64,000 bases of DNA from Candidatus Woesearchaeota archaeon (GTDB lineage Archaea > Nanobdellota > Nanobdellia > Woesearchaeales > JACJVW01): positions 699,009 to 763,008 of the forward strand of contig JACJVW010000001.1 of assembly GCA_020637435.1 (NCBI GenBank), given 5' to 3'. Both the position numbers and the translations under genes were made by a program. The notes beneath the pieces are model-generated. The model had not been told where the DNA came from. It ran no database searches and saw only the letters and a program-made list of their open reading frames with translations. Shown piece by piece: positions 44,758 to 55,286 of the stretch. Position 1 is the first letter of the stretch; every line of letters starts with the position of its first letter.

Positions 44758-45591
44758 TTGACGATTTTCGATTGGTGTATTAGATTGAGACTAGCGCAAT
44801 TCATTGATGAACAGATATTTTACAGGCTCCCTACCGGCGTGTATTTCTTCTTCCATTTCCTCTCCTTACTAGTTCTTTTCCTAAGAAGGGTGGTGTTTGG
44901 TGGTGTTCTTAGACGTGACAAGTCAAAGAGTCACAAAGAATATAATGATACCAAACAAGTTCATGATACTTTTGATTCCCCATACCAGCAGAACATCCTT
45001 ATGGGTCTTTACAAGGGTAAGCTGACAAAAATGACATACCGGCAAGCTCGAGAGGTCTCGCTACGTCCATTATACAAAATGATTGAGGATCGCTTAAAAA
45101 AGCAGAAAAAACTCAAGGTGATAGAGATCGGCTGCGGAGCTGGTTTCAACCTTATCCTCCTGCATCGCAAATTTGGAGACCGGCTGCAGCTTTATGGCAT
45201 GGACTATGCTGGCCGCAGGGTACAAAGGGCAAAGGAACAGTTGGGGGGCCATGCAAACCTCCATACTGGCTCTATCACAGAGCAAACAAAATACGGGGAA
45301 AATGAATTTGACATAGTCTTCAGCTCTCATTGCCTCGAGCAGATACCTCATTACCTTCCATGTGCGATAAGAGAGATGGCACGGATCACAAAGAAAGACA
45401 TCATGCTCATGGAGCCTGCATTCTCGCTTGCAAATCCTGCACAAAAATTATACCTTATCGTATCGGACTTTGTTACAGTGATGAAAGAGGTGCTAGAAGA
45501 GTCAGACCTAAAGCTCAGGAGCATACACCCAAATGCTGTTTCTCCAAATCCGCTCAATAAGAGCGGGGTATTCATCCTCGAGAAAGCATAG
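44758..45591 (+). CDS. Class I SAM-dependent methyltransferase (start uncertain; first ATG at 45001)
   Basis: Motif I VIEIGCGAGFNLILL. The TTG-start version adds a hydrophobic N-terminus. Confidence 0.6.
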   Translation: MTIFDWCIRLRLAQFIDEQIFYRLPTGVYFFFHFLSLLVLFLRRVVFGGVLRRDKSKSHKEYNDTKQVHDTFDSPYQQNILMGLYKGKLTKMTYRQAREVSLRPLYKMIEDRLKKQKKLKVIEIGCGAGFNLILLHRKFGDRLQLYGMDYAGRRVQRAKEQLGGHANLHTGSITEQTKYGENEFDIVFSSHCLEQIPHYLPCAIREMARITKKDIMLMEPAFSLANPAQKLYLIVSDFVTVMKEVLEESDLKLRSIHPNAVSPNPLNKSGVFILEKA

Positions 45592-45730
45592 TCCATTTAG
45601 TAGAAATTGAAGCTTATCCGTAGTGATGTGGGACATGGGGACGCTGAGTACACATGGCAATCTCCAAGCTTAAGTTTTGAAACAAACACTATGAAGTCCC
45701 TCGTCCTCTTATTAGTGTTATAAAGAAATA

Positions 45731-45842
45731 TGGGGACACTGAGATTCGAACTCAGATCCGCTGGTGTTTCCCTATGGTTGGTCACTGCAGAACCAGCCAC
45801 CGACTGGAGCCAGCTATTCTAGCCAGGTTATACTATGTCCCC
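45731..45842 (-). tRNA. tRNA-Trp (anticodon CCA) with a 38-nt intron after position 37; CCA end not encoded
   Basis: Minus strand: acceptor GGGGACA/TGTCCCC, T arm CTGAG-TTCGAAT-CTCAG, anticodon stem GCTGG/CCAGC, loop CTCCAG^intron^A. The D stem GTAT/GAAT pairs poorly (G.U, U-A, A.A, U.G). Confidence 0.75.
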
Positions 45843-45917
45843 GTTAACCTTTGGCAAAGAGTGTCCTGTTTAAAAGCTTTTTTGCGATGAGAAAGTGTGG
45901 AAGATTATGTGAAAGTC

Positions 45918-48140
45918 CTATTTCTTCTTGGTTTTTTTCTTAGCAGTACTCTTCTTTTTTGGTTCCAGAACAATCTCCTGTTCTCTGTTGGATTCAAGTC
46001 GGCTAAGCAGTATGATGGTGACGACAAGCATGAGCAGGCCAAGTATAATATACCAGCGGTATTCTTTAAGGAAACTCATGATCGCTGATTCCTTCTCTTC
46101 CTTAGGTGGCGCTTCGTTGCGGATACAGACTTTCATGACATCTCCTTCCACATAGCCTCCTCGTCCGTCATCCGCACTAAGCTTAATATAATCAAGTCCG
46201 TAATAACCAAGGCTTGGCCAGAACTGTGCCCGGCTCTCTTCTATGGTGATATTCGTCATGGCAGGATACCTTACCACTCCAAATGTAAGATTATCTCCAT
46301 CAGGATCAACAAAGAGCGAAGAAAGATTGATCTCATGCATCGTGTCTTTGTACATCTCTACACTGCAGTTCTCATATACGATCTCCTCTACAGTGATATT
46401 CTCTTCAGTTGCAGGCTCTTCGATCAAAGTAGTATTCTCTGTTGTCGCATTCTCGGTGATGGTGATCTCACCATGTGGCCAGAACCACCAGATAAGCAAT
46501 ACAAGGAACAGGATGATTAAAAGCAGAAGAATAAGCCAGAGCCACCAAGGCAAGCCTTTTCTCTCTCTTTCCTTCTTAGTCTCTTTTGTCTCTGAGCTGC
46601 GTGTAGTACTGTCCTTACTCCGTGAGCTCAACAGCAGCAGGAGCAAAAGCAGCAGCAGCAGAGCCAGGATGATCCACCAGAAATTACCAAGGAGAAATGC
46701 GATGAATCCTCCTTCCTTGTCCATCACTTGTATCTCTTTCGTCTCCTTGAAAACTCGGTCTTTGTCAGAAACGATGATAGTTGTCAGGTAATCTCCTTCG
46801 GAAACATTCTCATCAGCTTGCACAAGCAGGTAGAATCCCTTCATCTCTCCAGGCACAACCTGCATCTCTGCCAAAGCCACATAGATAGTTTCATTACCAT
46901 CGTCGATGGCATTGACTGCTTTGATGAATTTAGGCCCCTCGATGCTGACTTTGTATCGTGCATCTTCTGCGCCATTATTGGAAAGGTTGACTTGTAGTCT
47001 GGACTCTCCAAGCCCAACGCTACCCTCTTCTATCTCGATACCCGGTGTGCTGCACCAGATGATCTCGATAGGTACATCATACACCTGTCTCGTCTCGCTG
47101 ACATCATCGACTGCCCTTACTCGCACATTGGTAATGCCCTGCACGCTTGATGCAGGACTTACATTGACGAAAGTGACGGCGCTTTGGCCAGGACTCATGT
47201 TCACAAGGCGTTCAACAACAGCGTATGCGGGGATCTCACTGGCGGCAGTGATGGTATAGCTGTTCACCATTGTTGCGTCGTTCGTGACCTTGATGGGTAA
47301 TAGTGTTGACGTGCCGTCGCACATGCTGTAAGCTTCAGTTGCTGCTTCATAGCCCGGTACGTCGGTCATCTCACCAAAACCGAGCGTATAGTCAAAGCAG
47401 GCGTCCACAACATACGTGAATGGTATCTTCTCTTCCTGCATGTTCTTTTCTGAAGAAAGGGTAAAAGTAAGGTTGTGCTCACCTGCTGTTAAGCAGGGGC
47501 TCTCGACGATGACATAGAATGACGCTGAGTCCCCTGGTGCAAGCACAAGGCTCTTCATACTCTGACTCACCCGCTTCGTAAGGCTTGCCGGAATGTCGAC
47601 GTCCAAAGTGATGGTATCGATGAACTCTCGGGTGTTGCGCACCTCTATCTCTATGGATTCTGTCGTGCACGGACAGGTGTTAACTGATTTTTTATCTATT
47701 CGATACGCGAAATTATCGCATTGTAGGAAAGTGATGGTCTGGGTAAGCTCTTTGCTTGGTCCGCCCTGTTCATCGATCCGGGTAACTCTGGGAAAATCTC
47801 CGGTCATCCCGCAAGGTGCATTGGTGATAAGAGTAAGCTCCTGAGGAGATCCGTCGCTGATGATGATGTCATTCGGATAGTAGCTTGTATACTGGGCAGC
47901 GGAACCGTTTACGCTTATCTCATACAAGCTGATTGTATCAAGATACACGTCCAGTTCTTCGCTGTTTTCGAGAACTTCGACTCCTGCCGCAGGATTTGTG
48001 ATAGTGATGGTTGATGGTTCGGTACTGCTGCACCAGCATGCATATTGGTGTGCATCTGATGCAGTTGCGTAGAAATTGGCTGATACGCCGAAGGCCAATG
48101 CGATGACGAGTAAGAATGTGATAAATAGTTGCTTATTCAT
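45918..48140 (-). CDS. Large surface protein with signal peptide and three TM segments
   Basis: MNKQLFITFLLVIALAFGVSA signal peptide. Beta-rich ectodomain. TMs WWIILALLLLLLLLLLLS, WWLWLILLLLIILFLVLLIWWFW and YIILGLLMLVVTIILL. Cadherin-like FVDPDGDNLTF. Confidence 0.7.
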   Translation of the reverse strand: MNKQLFITFLLVIALAFGVSANFYATASDAHQYACWCSSTEPSTITITNPAAGVEVLENSEELDVYLDTISLYEISVNGSAAQYTSYYPNDIIISDGSPQELTLITNAPCGMTGDFPRVTRIDEQGGPSKELTQTITFLQCDNFAYRIDKKSVNTCPCTTESIEIEVRNTREFIDTITLDVDIPASLTKRVSQSMKSLVLAPGDSASFYVIVESPCLTAGEHNLTFTLSSEKNMQEEKIPFTYVVDACFDYTLGFGEMTDVPGYEAATEAYSMCDGTSTLLPIKVTNDATMVNSYTITAASEIPAYAVVERLVNMSPGQSAVTFVNVSPASSVQGITNVRVRAVDDVSETRQVYDVPIEIIWCSTPGIEIEEGSVGLGESRLQVNLSNNGAEDARYKVSIEGPKFIKAVNAIDDGNETIYVALAEMQVVPGEMKGFYLLVQADENVSEGDYLTTIIVSDKDRVFKETKEIQVMDKEGGFIAFLLGNFWWIILALLLLLLLLLLLSSRSKDSTTRSSETKETKKERERKGLPWWLWLILLLLIILFLVLLIWWFWPHGEITITENATTENTTLIEEPATEENITVEEIVYENCSVEMYKDTMHEINLSSLFVDPDGDNLTFGVVRYPAMTNITIEESRAQFWPSLGYYGLDYIKLSADDGRGGYVEGDVMKVCIRNEAPPKEEKESAIMSFLKEYRWYIILGLLMLVVTIILLSRLESNREQEIVLEPKKKSTAKKKTKKK

Positions 48141-48189
48141 TCTGCCATGACCTCAAAAGATGATAAGAAAAAAAGAAGTAAAAAAAGAC

Positions 48190-49488
48190 TTAGTAGTAAG
48201 TCTGACCCTCGTCGTCTTTGTCGCCTTTTAGCTTATTGAATCCTACGATAAGTGCTAGTAGGATAAGCAGGACAACTAGGACGATAAGTCCGACTTCAAG
48301 TCCTTTCTTTACTTTGTCCCAACCCTGGGAGCTTGCAGTTGCGTCTTCAGAACCTGCTGCGCCGTCTTCAGCGACAGTTGCTTTAAGAGCTACTTCCTTA
48401 AGCTCTTTGCCGTCAGCGAAGACTTTGACAGAGAACATATGCTCTCCTGCGGTAGCTTCTTCTTCAGCGGTTAGGTAGATATACATAGCCTTTGTCTCGC
48501 CAGCTCCAACAACCATGGTGTTTGATGGGGTTACTTTACTGGTTGCCCAGCCTGCGGTACCGTCGACGTTGACAGTGTATACTTTGCTGCTGCTTCCCAT
48601 ATTGGATACAGTTACAGGGTAGATTGATCCGCTCTCACCTACGACAAGATCCTGGTTGCTGCTGCCGATATTTAGCACAGTCTTCTCAGGTTTATCCTGG
48701 GATGAGGAACTCTCTGATGCATAGCAAGCTTCATCAGCGATGACACGGATACTGGTCTCTTTGGTTACTCTGTCATAGCCTTCGTCATATTCTACTTCAG
48801 CTACAGCGGTATAGACTCCTGCTGCGGTGCATGCAGGGATCCGTAGGTAAAGCTCCTCAGAGGTGATGGAATCTTCCTCGTCTAGCTCATCGATATAGTC
48901 GGATGCGCTAACGCCAAGTGCAGGGATACTGACTCGGACACGTAGGCTGTCTTCATCCTGTTCACCGACGTTCTTGATTCGTACGGTGGATAGGAGTGCA
49001 CGGCCTGCGACAACCTCTCCCTCAGGGGAGAAGATGACATCCTTGATCTCAAGTCCGTGTCGTGCGGATTTAAGGACGATGCGAAGAAGCATTTCTTCAC
49101 TGCCGCCAGTTCGGCCGCCTACTCGGACGATGAGGTCATAATTGTCTTTGTCAGCATCTGTAGGAATCTTGATATTGAGATTCTTATAGACGGTCTCATT
49201 TGGATCGATGTTGAAAGTGTGTGAAGAATCGGAAATCTCATTGACATCATTGTACTCGTAACCGAGCATGTCAACCTCGATTTCAACATCTTTCTCTCTC
49301 TCTTCTGCTGTTACTTTTATTCTAAAGTCTAGCTTGTCTCCTCGCTCGACGACCAGATTGTCTCCATCTTCATAAACGTCTCCATTTATTTTGACAGATT
49401 CAAGAGTCGGTAGAGCGGTTGCTGCAGCACTGAACATAAAGAGAAATGCTGCCAGGATGGCTAGTGTACTGATTGCTTTTCCTTTCAT
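48190..49488 (-). CDS. Surface (S-layer-like) protein with signal peptide and C-terminal TM anchor
   Basis: Start at MKGKAISTLAILAAFLFMFSAAATA, preceded by AAGGTGGGGG SD. Repeated beta-sandwich-like segments. C-terminal GLIVLVVLLILLALIVGF plus a charged tail. Confidence 0.7.
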   Translation of the reverse strand: MKGKAISTLAILAAFLFMFSAAATALPTLESVKINGDVYEDGDNLVVERGDKLDFRIKVTAEEREKDVEIEVDMLGYEYNDVNEISDSSHTFNIDPNETVYKNLNIKIPTDADKDNYDLIVRVGGRTGGSEEMLLRIVLKSARHGLEIKDVIFSPEGEVVAGRALLSTVRIKNVGEQDEDSLRVRVSIPALGVSASDYIDELDEEDSITSEELYLRIPACTAAGVYTAVAEVEYDEGYDRVTKETSIRVIADEACYASESSSSQDKPEKTVLNIGSSNQDLVVGESGSIYPVTVSNMGSSSKVYTVNVDGTAGWATSKVTPSNTMVVGAGETKAMYIYLTAEEEATAGEHMFSVKVFADGKELKEVALKATVAEDGAAGSEDATASSQGWDKVKKGLEVGLIVLVVLLILLALIVGFNKLKGDKDDEGQTYY

Positions 49489-49781
49489 TTTGGTTTTAAC
49501 CCCCACCTTTTCTAAAGTGTAAAAAGTGTATATGCGGTCAATGAGCGATATAAAATCCAACACCTGTCCGCATGGTCAAGTAGTTAAAATCTTTAACCAT
49601 CTCCTAGTAACTCATATGCTGTATTTAAAGTTTGTGCTTACTCTACAATGGTATCGGACATTGTTTATGGGGGCGTAATCCCAGCTATGTACTAAAGCCT
49701 TGTGGACCTTAAAGGACCCCCTGCGTCCGGCAATGAGGAACTTTAACAACCTTTAATAATTCTACCCGGCCAAACGAATGG

Positions 49782-50912
49782 ATGAAGATAGCGATAGTCG
49801 GTGCCGGACCCTCCGGAAGTTATGTGGCATATCTTTTTGCACAGGCTGATCATGAAGTGGTGCTCTTTGAAGAACATCCCCAAGTAGGTACCCCTGTGCA
49901 ATGCACGGGCATTGTAACAAGCAAGATTGATGCCATCCTCCCTCTTAAAGACGTAGTGAAAGAGGCAAAAGTCAATACCATCACCAAAGCGCGCATCTAC
50001 GCCCCATCTAAAAATGCAGTTGATTTCGAGCTTAAAGAGAAGAACTACATTCTCAACCGCGGCTACTTTGACCAGCTTATTGCAAAAAAAGCCCAGGCAG
50101 CCGGAGCAGAGCTGCGCCTCGGTACTCGGGTAACCAGTTCTCACCAGGGTATGGTAAGTTTCAAGACACAAACCGGTGTCATGACCGAACGCTATGACGT
50201 GGTCATTGGGGCAGATGGTCCAAATAGCATCATCGCCAAAGAAGTTCTCGCAAAACATGCAAGGAAAAGGTCACCTTGGGGCGGTCTGCAGGCAACAGTG
50301 GCATGCGACAATGGAAATGTAGTTGAATTCTATCCCTACTGGGGAACTTATTCCTGGGTCGTTCCGGAAGGCAAATGCAGGGCACGTATAGGTCTGGTAG
50401 GCAACAAAGACACCAAGAAGCAGTTTGATGAATTTGTCAAATGGCGCATGGGGGCTACACCAAAATTCCTCACTCGCGAAGCCGGCATCATCCCTTACTA
50501 CGCTCCTCATCTCAGCTCCAAAAAAGGTATGACCTTCCTCCTCGGTGACGCTGCAGGTCAGGTGAAGGCTACGACCGGTGGTGGCATCATCCCTGGTCTT
50601 GAGGCTGCTGAAGCGCTCTTTGAGGCAGTAACAGAGGGTAAAGACTACGCCTGTCTCTGGAAAAAGCGCGTCGGAAGGAATCTCCTCATGCACAATCTCA
50701 TGAGATCTCTCCTGGATGTCTGCAAGGACAAAGACTATGAATATCTCGTCAAGATTATCAAAAGGAAAGATGTAAAGGCGATCATTGAGCACAGTGACCG
50801 CGAGTATCCTGTCCAATATCTCTACAGGCTTCTTGCAAAAGAACCGAGGTTAATGCTTTTCGGCTCTGGCCTCCTGTTGCGCTCGATTATGCAAAACAAA
50901 AAGCTTTTTTAA
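49782..50912 (+). CDS. Geranylgeranyl reductase family flavoprotein (archaeal lipid saturation)
   Basis: MKIAIVGAGPSGSYVAYLFAQADHEVVLFEE FAD fold, CTGIV, GDAAGQVKATTGGGI. Confidence 0.8.
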   Translation: MKIAIVGAGPSGSYVAYLFAQADHEVVLFEEHPQVGTPVQCTGIVTSKIDAILPLKDVVKEAKVNTITKARIYAPSKNAVDFELKEKNYILNRGYFDQLIAKKAQAAGAELRLGTRVTSSHQGMVSFKTQTGVMTERYDVVIGADGPNSIIAKEVLAKHARKRSPWGGLQATVACDNGNVVEFYPYWGTYSWVVPEGKCRARIGLVGNKDTKKQFDEFVKWRMGATPKFLTREAGIIPYYAPHLSSKKGMTFLLGDAAGQVKATTGGGIIPGLEAAEALFEAVTEGKDYACLWKKRVGRNLLMHNLMRSLLDVCKDKDYEYLVKIIKRKDVKAIIEHSDREYPVQYLYRLLAKEPRLMLFGSGLLLRSIMQNKKLF

Positions 50913-51095
50913 TCCAACAGAAGCTACTCCTGCTACTGGGTGTGTTGGACCCTTGTACTGCAAATGTACGGATTAAGATTCTGTTGGATCGGTGAACAGT
51001 TCAGAGTGCTTCGGTAGCGCAAGAAGAGTGCCGGTTCAAGAGGATGGGCATTTTCCGCTAGATGGATACAACGCAATTATATTGGGGTTTAGTAG

Positions 51096-54000
51096 ATGAG
51101 AAGAAGAAGAGAGAAATCAGATGAAGAGACCCTTGATCTGAAAAGTATGTTTACATCATTCATGAAAAAGAAAGACGATGACGAAGACGTCACCGTCGAC
51201 GTTGGACAAGCCAGGAAATTTCTGACCACATATGGCGTAATGCTGCTGGTGCTCATACCTATCATAATATCCATCTTCTTCAGGGCTGCTCCCTTGACTC
51301 TGCCTGTTGCAGATGATTGGGCTCAGTCAACTGTCGACAATTACTTCAAATCTGAGATAGCGCGTCAGGTCAACCAGCAAAATCCGAATCTTCCGGATAT
51401 AAATAAGCAACAGATAATAAATGACCAATACGCCGAATTCTATGCGAACAACAAAGCGACCATAGAACAGCAGGTGACAGGCACTGCAGCACACTTCCGT
51501 TCAAGGATGCAGGACGAATCCGGTCAGACCTACCTCCTCGCTATCGACCCGTACGTATGGTACAGCTACACTAAAAACTATATTGAGTATGGTCATTGGG
51601 GCAACGAATATGTGGATGGCAAATCATGGTTCACCTTGCGAAACGGTAGAGAGGGCCAACCCGCTCCAGACACGATGCTCTTCTTCTCCACCTTTGGTGT
51701 TATTATCTATAAAATCATGAATATTTTCACGGACACCTCTGTCATGAAAGCGGTTTTCCTCATCCCGCTCGTTCTCATGACTATCGCAACCGCGGCAGCA
51801 TACTTCGTAGGTCTGCGCATTTCAGGCGTTGTTGGGGCATTGATAGCAAGTATTATCATCGGCATCCACCCGGGCCTCTTAGGTAGGACTGCCGCAGGAT
51901 TCTCCGATACAGACAACGTCATCGCATTCTTCGAGATTCTGGTCATAGCGACCTTCTTCATCGCGTATGAATTGAAGAACCGAAAGATAGGCATAGGTAT
52001 TGCTGCAGCATCAGGTATATTGACAGGTATCTATGGTTTTATGCACCAGAGTTGGTGGCATACCTATGATTTCATCCTTTTCGCCGCTGGTGCGACACTG
52101 GTGTTCCTCATAGCAACTCATTTCAGGGAACATAAGTTCAGGTTTGATAATCTGGTCAAGATGGAGAGCATACGCCACATTTTCATCTTGACGATGACTC
52201 TCGTAGTGTCGACCACAGTCACAATCCTGGGAATATCTTTATTGCGTGGGAAATCCCTCCTAAATGGACTTACTGCGGCGATAGGTGACCCCATCATGGA
52301 GCCGTTGGGATTCATGGTGCGAAAGTCGGTCGCAGTGACTACGGTTTGGCCAAACGTCCTGACTACTGTTGCTGAGCTTAACCAGAGCTCTGTGTCAGCA
52401 GTGATAAGTCAGCTCGGGGGCAAACTGCTTTTCGCATTGAGCATAATCGGTGTAATCTATCTATTGCTCAAGAAAGTTGATGGTGAGAGGAAATACTTCA
52501 TCTACGGTGTTCTGCTTGCGCTCTGGTACGCATCATCGGTTTACGCTGCGCAGTCCAGTGTCCGATTTATTGCCTTCGTCGTTCCGGCGTTCGCATTTTC
52601 TCTTGGGGCATTTGCGGCATTCGTCTATGATTTCATCTCAGGCTTGCTTGAGACCCAGTTTAGGATAAGCAAATGGGCGACGCGACCAGTCGTCATTCTG
52701 TTGCTCTTCTTCATCGTCCTCATGCCAGTCCTAAAGAGTGCGGAGGTGACTGCCAAGAATGAAGTGCCAAGTATGAATGACGCATGGTATACCGCGCTTC
52801 AGAACATCAAGGCTGATGGGGATGATGGTATCATAACTTCATGGTGGGATTTCGGCCACTGGTTCGTAGCGATTGGAGAAAGACGTGTGACCTTTGATGG
52901 CGGCGACCAGGGTGAGCGTATCCACTGGGTCGGTAAGTCTCTCTTGACGGACAATGAGAAACTGTCTGTTGGCATCCTGCGGATGCTCAATTGCGGCCAG
53001 GAGAAGGCGCCCCATGTTCTTGCTGGATTCCTTGACGGTAACACCGTACGTGCTATCAAGATACTTGATGAGATAATGGTAGTCTCTCGACCTGAAGCTA
53101 GTGAGATACTGCTGGATGCAGGATTGACTGATGATCAGATCTCTCAAGTACTGGAAGTCACCCATTGCGAAGATCTTTTACCTCAATACTATATCGCATC
53201 CGATGATATGATCGGCAAAGCGGGTGTATGGGGTCACTTTGGAAGCTGGAATTTTACCAAAGCATCCATGTTCAACAAAGTGCACAGGCTTACGCAGACC
53301 AAAGGTGTCGATGTGCTCATGAATGATTTCGGCTATGATCAGGCCGGAGCATCAAGACTGTTCCAGGAGATTAAGACAGCCAACGCAGACCAGTGGATAT
53401 CACCATGGCCCGGTTATCAGGGCCTTAGTTCATGCAGTTTCATTGGTGATACGGCTACCTGCGGAAATGGTCTCATCGTAAATCTGACGACGATGGACGC
53501 AAGGCTTTCGCTTCAGGGAGGGGTAGGTATTCCTTACTCTGTAGTATATCCGACTGAAGAGGATATCGTGGAGAAGCCACTGGCGAATGCCAATATCCCT
53601 ATATCTGCAGTGCTTATCCCAAGCGGTGCTGGATTTCAAAGCATCCTTGCTGACCCGTTGCAGGCTGATGGCATGTTCACACGGTTATTCTTCTTTGACG
53701 GTCACGGCCTTGAATGCTTTGATCAGTTCGACTATCAGCAGAGCTTCACCAACAACCAGATATATGTCTACAAAGTTGACTGGTCATGCTCAAGCAAAGC
53801 GGTGATGCCTGAACTTGCAGCTGCAAAGTCGGCAGCCGAGCAGGTGATGGAAGCTGAAGCAGCGGCACCTCAGGACGTGGTAGAAGCGTCGCACATCCTC
53901 TTGACCTTGGATAACAGAACTGAAGAAGAGGCGATCGCCCTTGCGAACGAGATTATCGCTCAAGTGAACGAGACCAATTTCGCTGACCTTGCAAGGCAGT

Positions 54001-54176
54001 ATTCAGAGGGTCCCTCTGCTCCTGCTGGTGGTGCGCTTGGCTGGTTCAGCCGAGGCATGATGGTTGCTCCCTTTGAGGAGGCTGCTTTCGCTCTGGAGCC
54101 AGGTGAAGTAAGTGCACCGGTCAAGACAGAATTCGGTTACCACATCATCTACGTCACCGGCAAAGATCAGCGTTAG
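51096..54176 (+). CDS. aglB: Archaeal oligosaccharyltransferase AglB (STT3) fused to a C-terminal PpiC/parvulin PPIase domain
   Basis: Multi-TM N-terminal half. SWWDFGHW (WWDYG motif) at about 52842-52856. The last ~98 aa match parvulin: ASHILL...[59 protein letters not shown]. Confidence 0.85.
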   Translation: MRRRREKSDEETLDLKSMFTSFMKKKDDDEDVTVDVGQARKFLTTYGVMLLVLIPIIISIFFRAAPLTLPVADDWAQSTVDNYFKSEIARQVNQQNPNLPDINKQQIINDQYAEFYANNKATIEQQVTGTAAHFRSRMQDESGQTYLLAIDPYVWYSYTKNYIEYGHWGNEYVDGKSWFTLRNGREGQPAPDTMLFFSTFGVIIYKIMNIFTDTSVMKAVFLIPLVLMTIATAAAYFVGLRISGVVGALIASIIIGIHPGLLGRTAAGFSDTDNVIAFFEILVIATFFIAYELKNRKIGIGIAAASGILTGIYGFMHQSWWHTYDFILFAAGATLVFLIATHFREHKFRFDNLVKMESIRHIFILTMTLVVSTTVTILGISLLRGKSLLNGLTAAIGDPIMEPLGFMVRKSVAVTTVWPNVLTTVAELNQSSVSAVISQLGGKLLFALSIIGVIYLLLKKVDGERKYFIYGVLLALWYASSVYAAQSSVRFIAFVVPAFAFSLGAFAAFVYDFISGLLETQFRISKWATRPVVILLLFFIVLMPVLKSAEVTAKNEVPSMNDAWYTALQNIKADGDDGIITSWWDFGHWFVAIGERRVTFDGGDQGERIHWVGKSLLTDNEKLSVGILRMLNCGQEKAPHVLAGFLDGNTVRAIKILDEIMVVSRPEASEILLDAGLTDDQISQVLEVTHCEDLLPQYYIASDDMIGKAGVWGHFGSWNFTKASMFNKVHRLTQTKGVDVLMNDFGYDQAGASRLFQEIKTANADQWISPWPGYQGLSSCSFIGDTATCGNGLIVNLTTMDARLSLQGGVGIPYSVVYPTEEDIVEKPLANANIPISAVLIPSGAGFQSILADPLQADGMFTRLFFFDGHGLECFDQFDYQQSFTNNQIYVYKVDWSCSSKAVMPELAAAKSAAEQVMEAEAAAPQDVVEASHILLTLDNRTEEEAIALANEIIAQVNETNFADLARQYSEGPSAPAGGALGWFSRGMMVAPFEEAAFALEPGEVSAPVKTEFGYHIIYVTGKDQR

Positions 54177-54293
54177 TCTTAATTTCTACGATTTCACCTT
54201 TTTATTTCAAATTGTTTTCTTCCTTGGAAAAACAGCGTTCTGCTTTGCACAACATTAATAAATCCAATTCTGGCCCTATGCATTGGGGATAGC

Positions 54294-54950
54294 TTGAAAA
54301 CCTTTGTGGTCATCGCTGCATACAATGAACAGAAGCATATCGCTAGTGTGGTCTCCAGGGTCAAGAGACTCCTCAAAGATGTCATTGTCGTCGATGACGG
54401 AAGTCGTGACGAGACCTATGCGCTTGCACAGGATGCTGGGGCGCTCGTCCTTCGCCACATAATCAATCTGGGCAAGGGAGCCGCCATCAAGACCGGATGT
54501 GATTACGCTCTAAAACAAGGGGCTGAAGCGCTCATCCTCGTCGATGCCGACGGCCAGCACGATCCAAAAGAGATCCCTCGTTTCATCGAGATGCTTAAAG
54601 AGAAGGACATAGTCTTTGGCTATCGCAATTTAACTAAAAACATGCCCTTCGTATTCTCGCTTGGCAATAGATCTATCAACTTAGTTACCTATCTGCTCTA
54701 TGGCATATACCTTAATGATACGCAATCAGGTTATCGGGCGCTCACTGCAGATACCTATCGAAAAGTGCGATGGCGCTCAACAAACTACTCTATGGAGAGT
54801 GAAATGGTGGCCAATGTAGGCAAGCATCATCTTAAATTTGGACAATTACGCATCCGCACAAAATACAACGACAAATACAAGGGAACGACCATGGTAACCG
54901 GCATAAAGATTGTGCTGGACATGCTATGGTGGAAAATCACCAGGTGGTAA
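54294..54950 (+). CDS. Family 2 glycosyltransferase
   Basis: TTG start. FVVIAAYNEQKHIASVV, VVDDGSRDET, DADGQHDP. Confidence 0.75.
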   Translation: MKTFVVIAAYNEQKHIASVVSRVKRLLKDVIVVDDGSRDETYALAQDAGALVLRHIINLGKGAAIKTGCDYALKQGAEALILVDADGQHDPKEIPRFIEMLKEKDIVFGYRNLTKNMPFVFSLGNRSINLVTYLLYGIYLNDTQSGYRALTADTYRKVRWRSTNYSMESEMVANVGKHHLKFGQLRIRTKYNDKYKGTTMVTGIKIVLDMLWWKITRW

Positions 54951-54953
54951 AAA

Positions 54954-55286
54954 ATGATACTAGGTATACAATTATTGGGTCTTCTATTCGCATTCATGAT
55001 GCTGTACTTGACCTATCTATACTACAAACGTGAACAATATGAATTGAGGGGCCTCATCGTCTGGTCCCTCATCTGGATAGGCTTTGGCATCCTCGTCATG
55101 TTTCCTGCATCCGTCTATGGAGTCATGGAAGTACTCAACATTCAAAGAACAGTGGACTTCTTCGTCATAGGTGGTTTCCTTGTTTTCTCTACCATACTCT
55201 TCTATCTCTACATCATCACTAAAGAGACGCAGCGCAAGGTAGAGTCCCTGGTACGCCAGATTGCTATCGAAAAGAAGAAAAAATGA
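54954..55286 (+). CDS. Small membrane protein, DUF2304-like
   Basis: 110 aa with 3-4 TMs, directly downstream of the GT2 gene (the usual DUF2304 context). Confidence 0.55.
   Translation: MILGIQLLGLLFAFMMLYLTYLYYKREQYELRGLIVWSLIWIGFGILVMFPASVYGVMEVLNIQRTVDFFVIGGFLVFSTILFYLYIITKETQRKVESLVRQIAIEKKKK

Noticed and set aside
45597-45800. 67-aa minus-strand ORF
   Set aside because: It overlaps the tRNA-Trp gene.
45770-45807. C/D box guide RNA inside the tRNA-Trp intron, as in some Euryarchaeota
   Set aside because: The intron is only 38 nt, and I found no RUGAUGA or CUGA boxes.
49743-50816. Antisense ORFs (49743-50258 and 50271-50816) opposite the geranylgeranyl reductase gene
   Set aside because: The + strand product has clear FAD-binding and GGR motifs. 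The antisense products have none.
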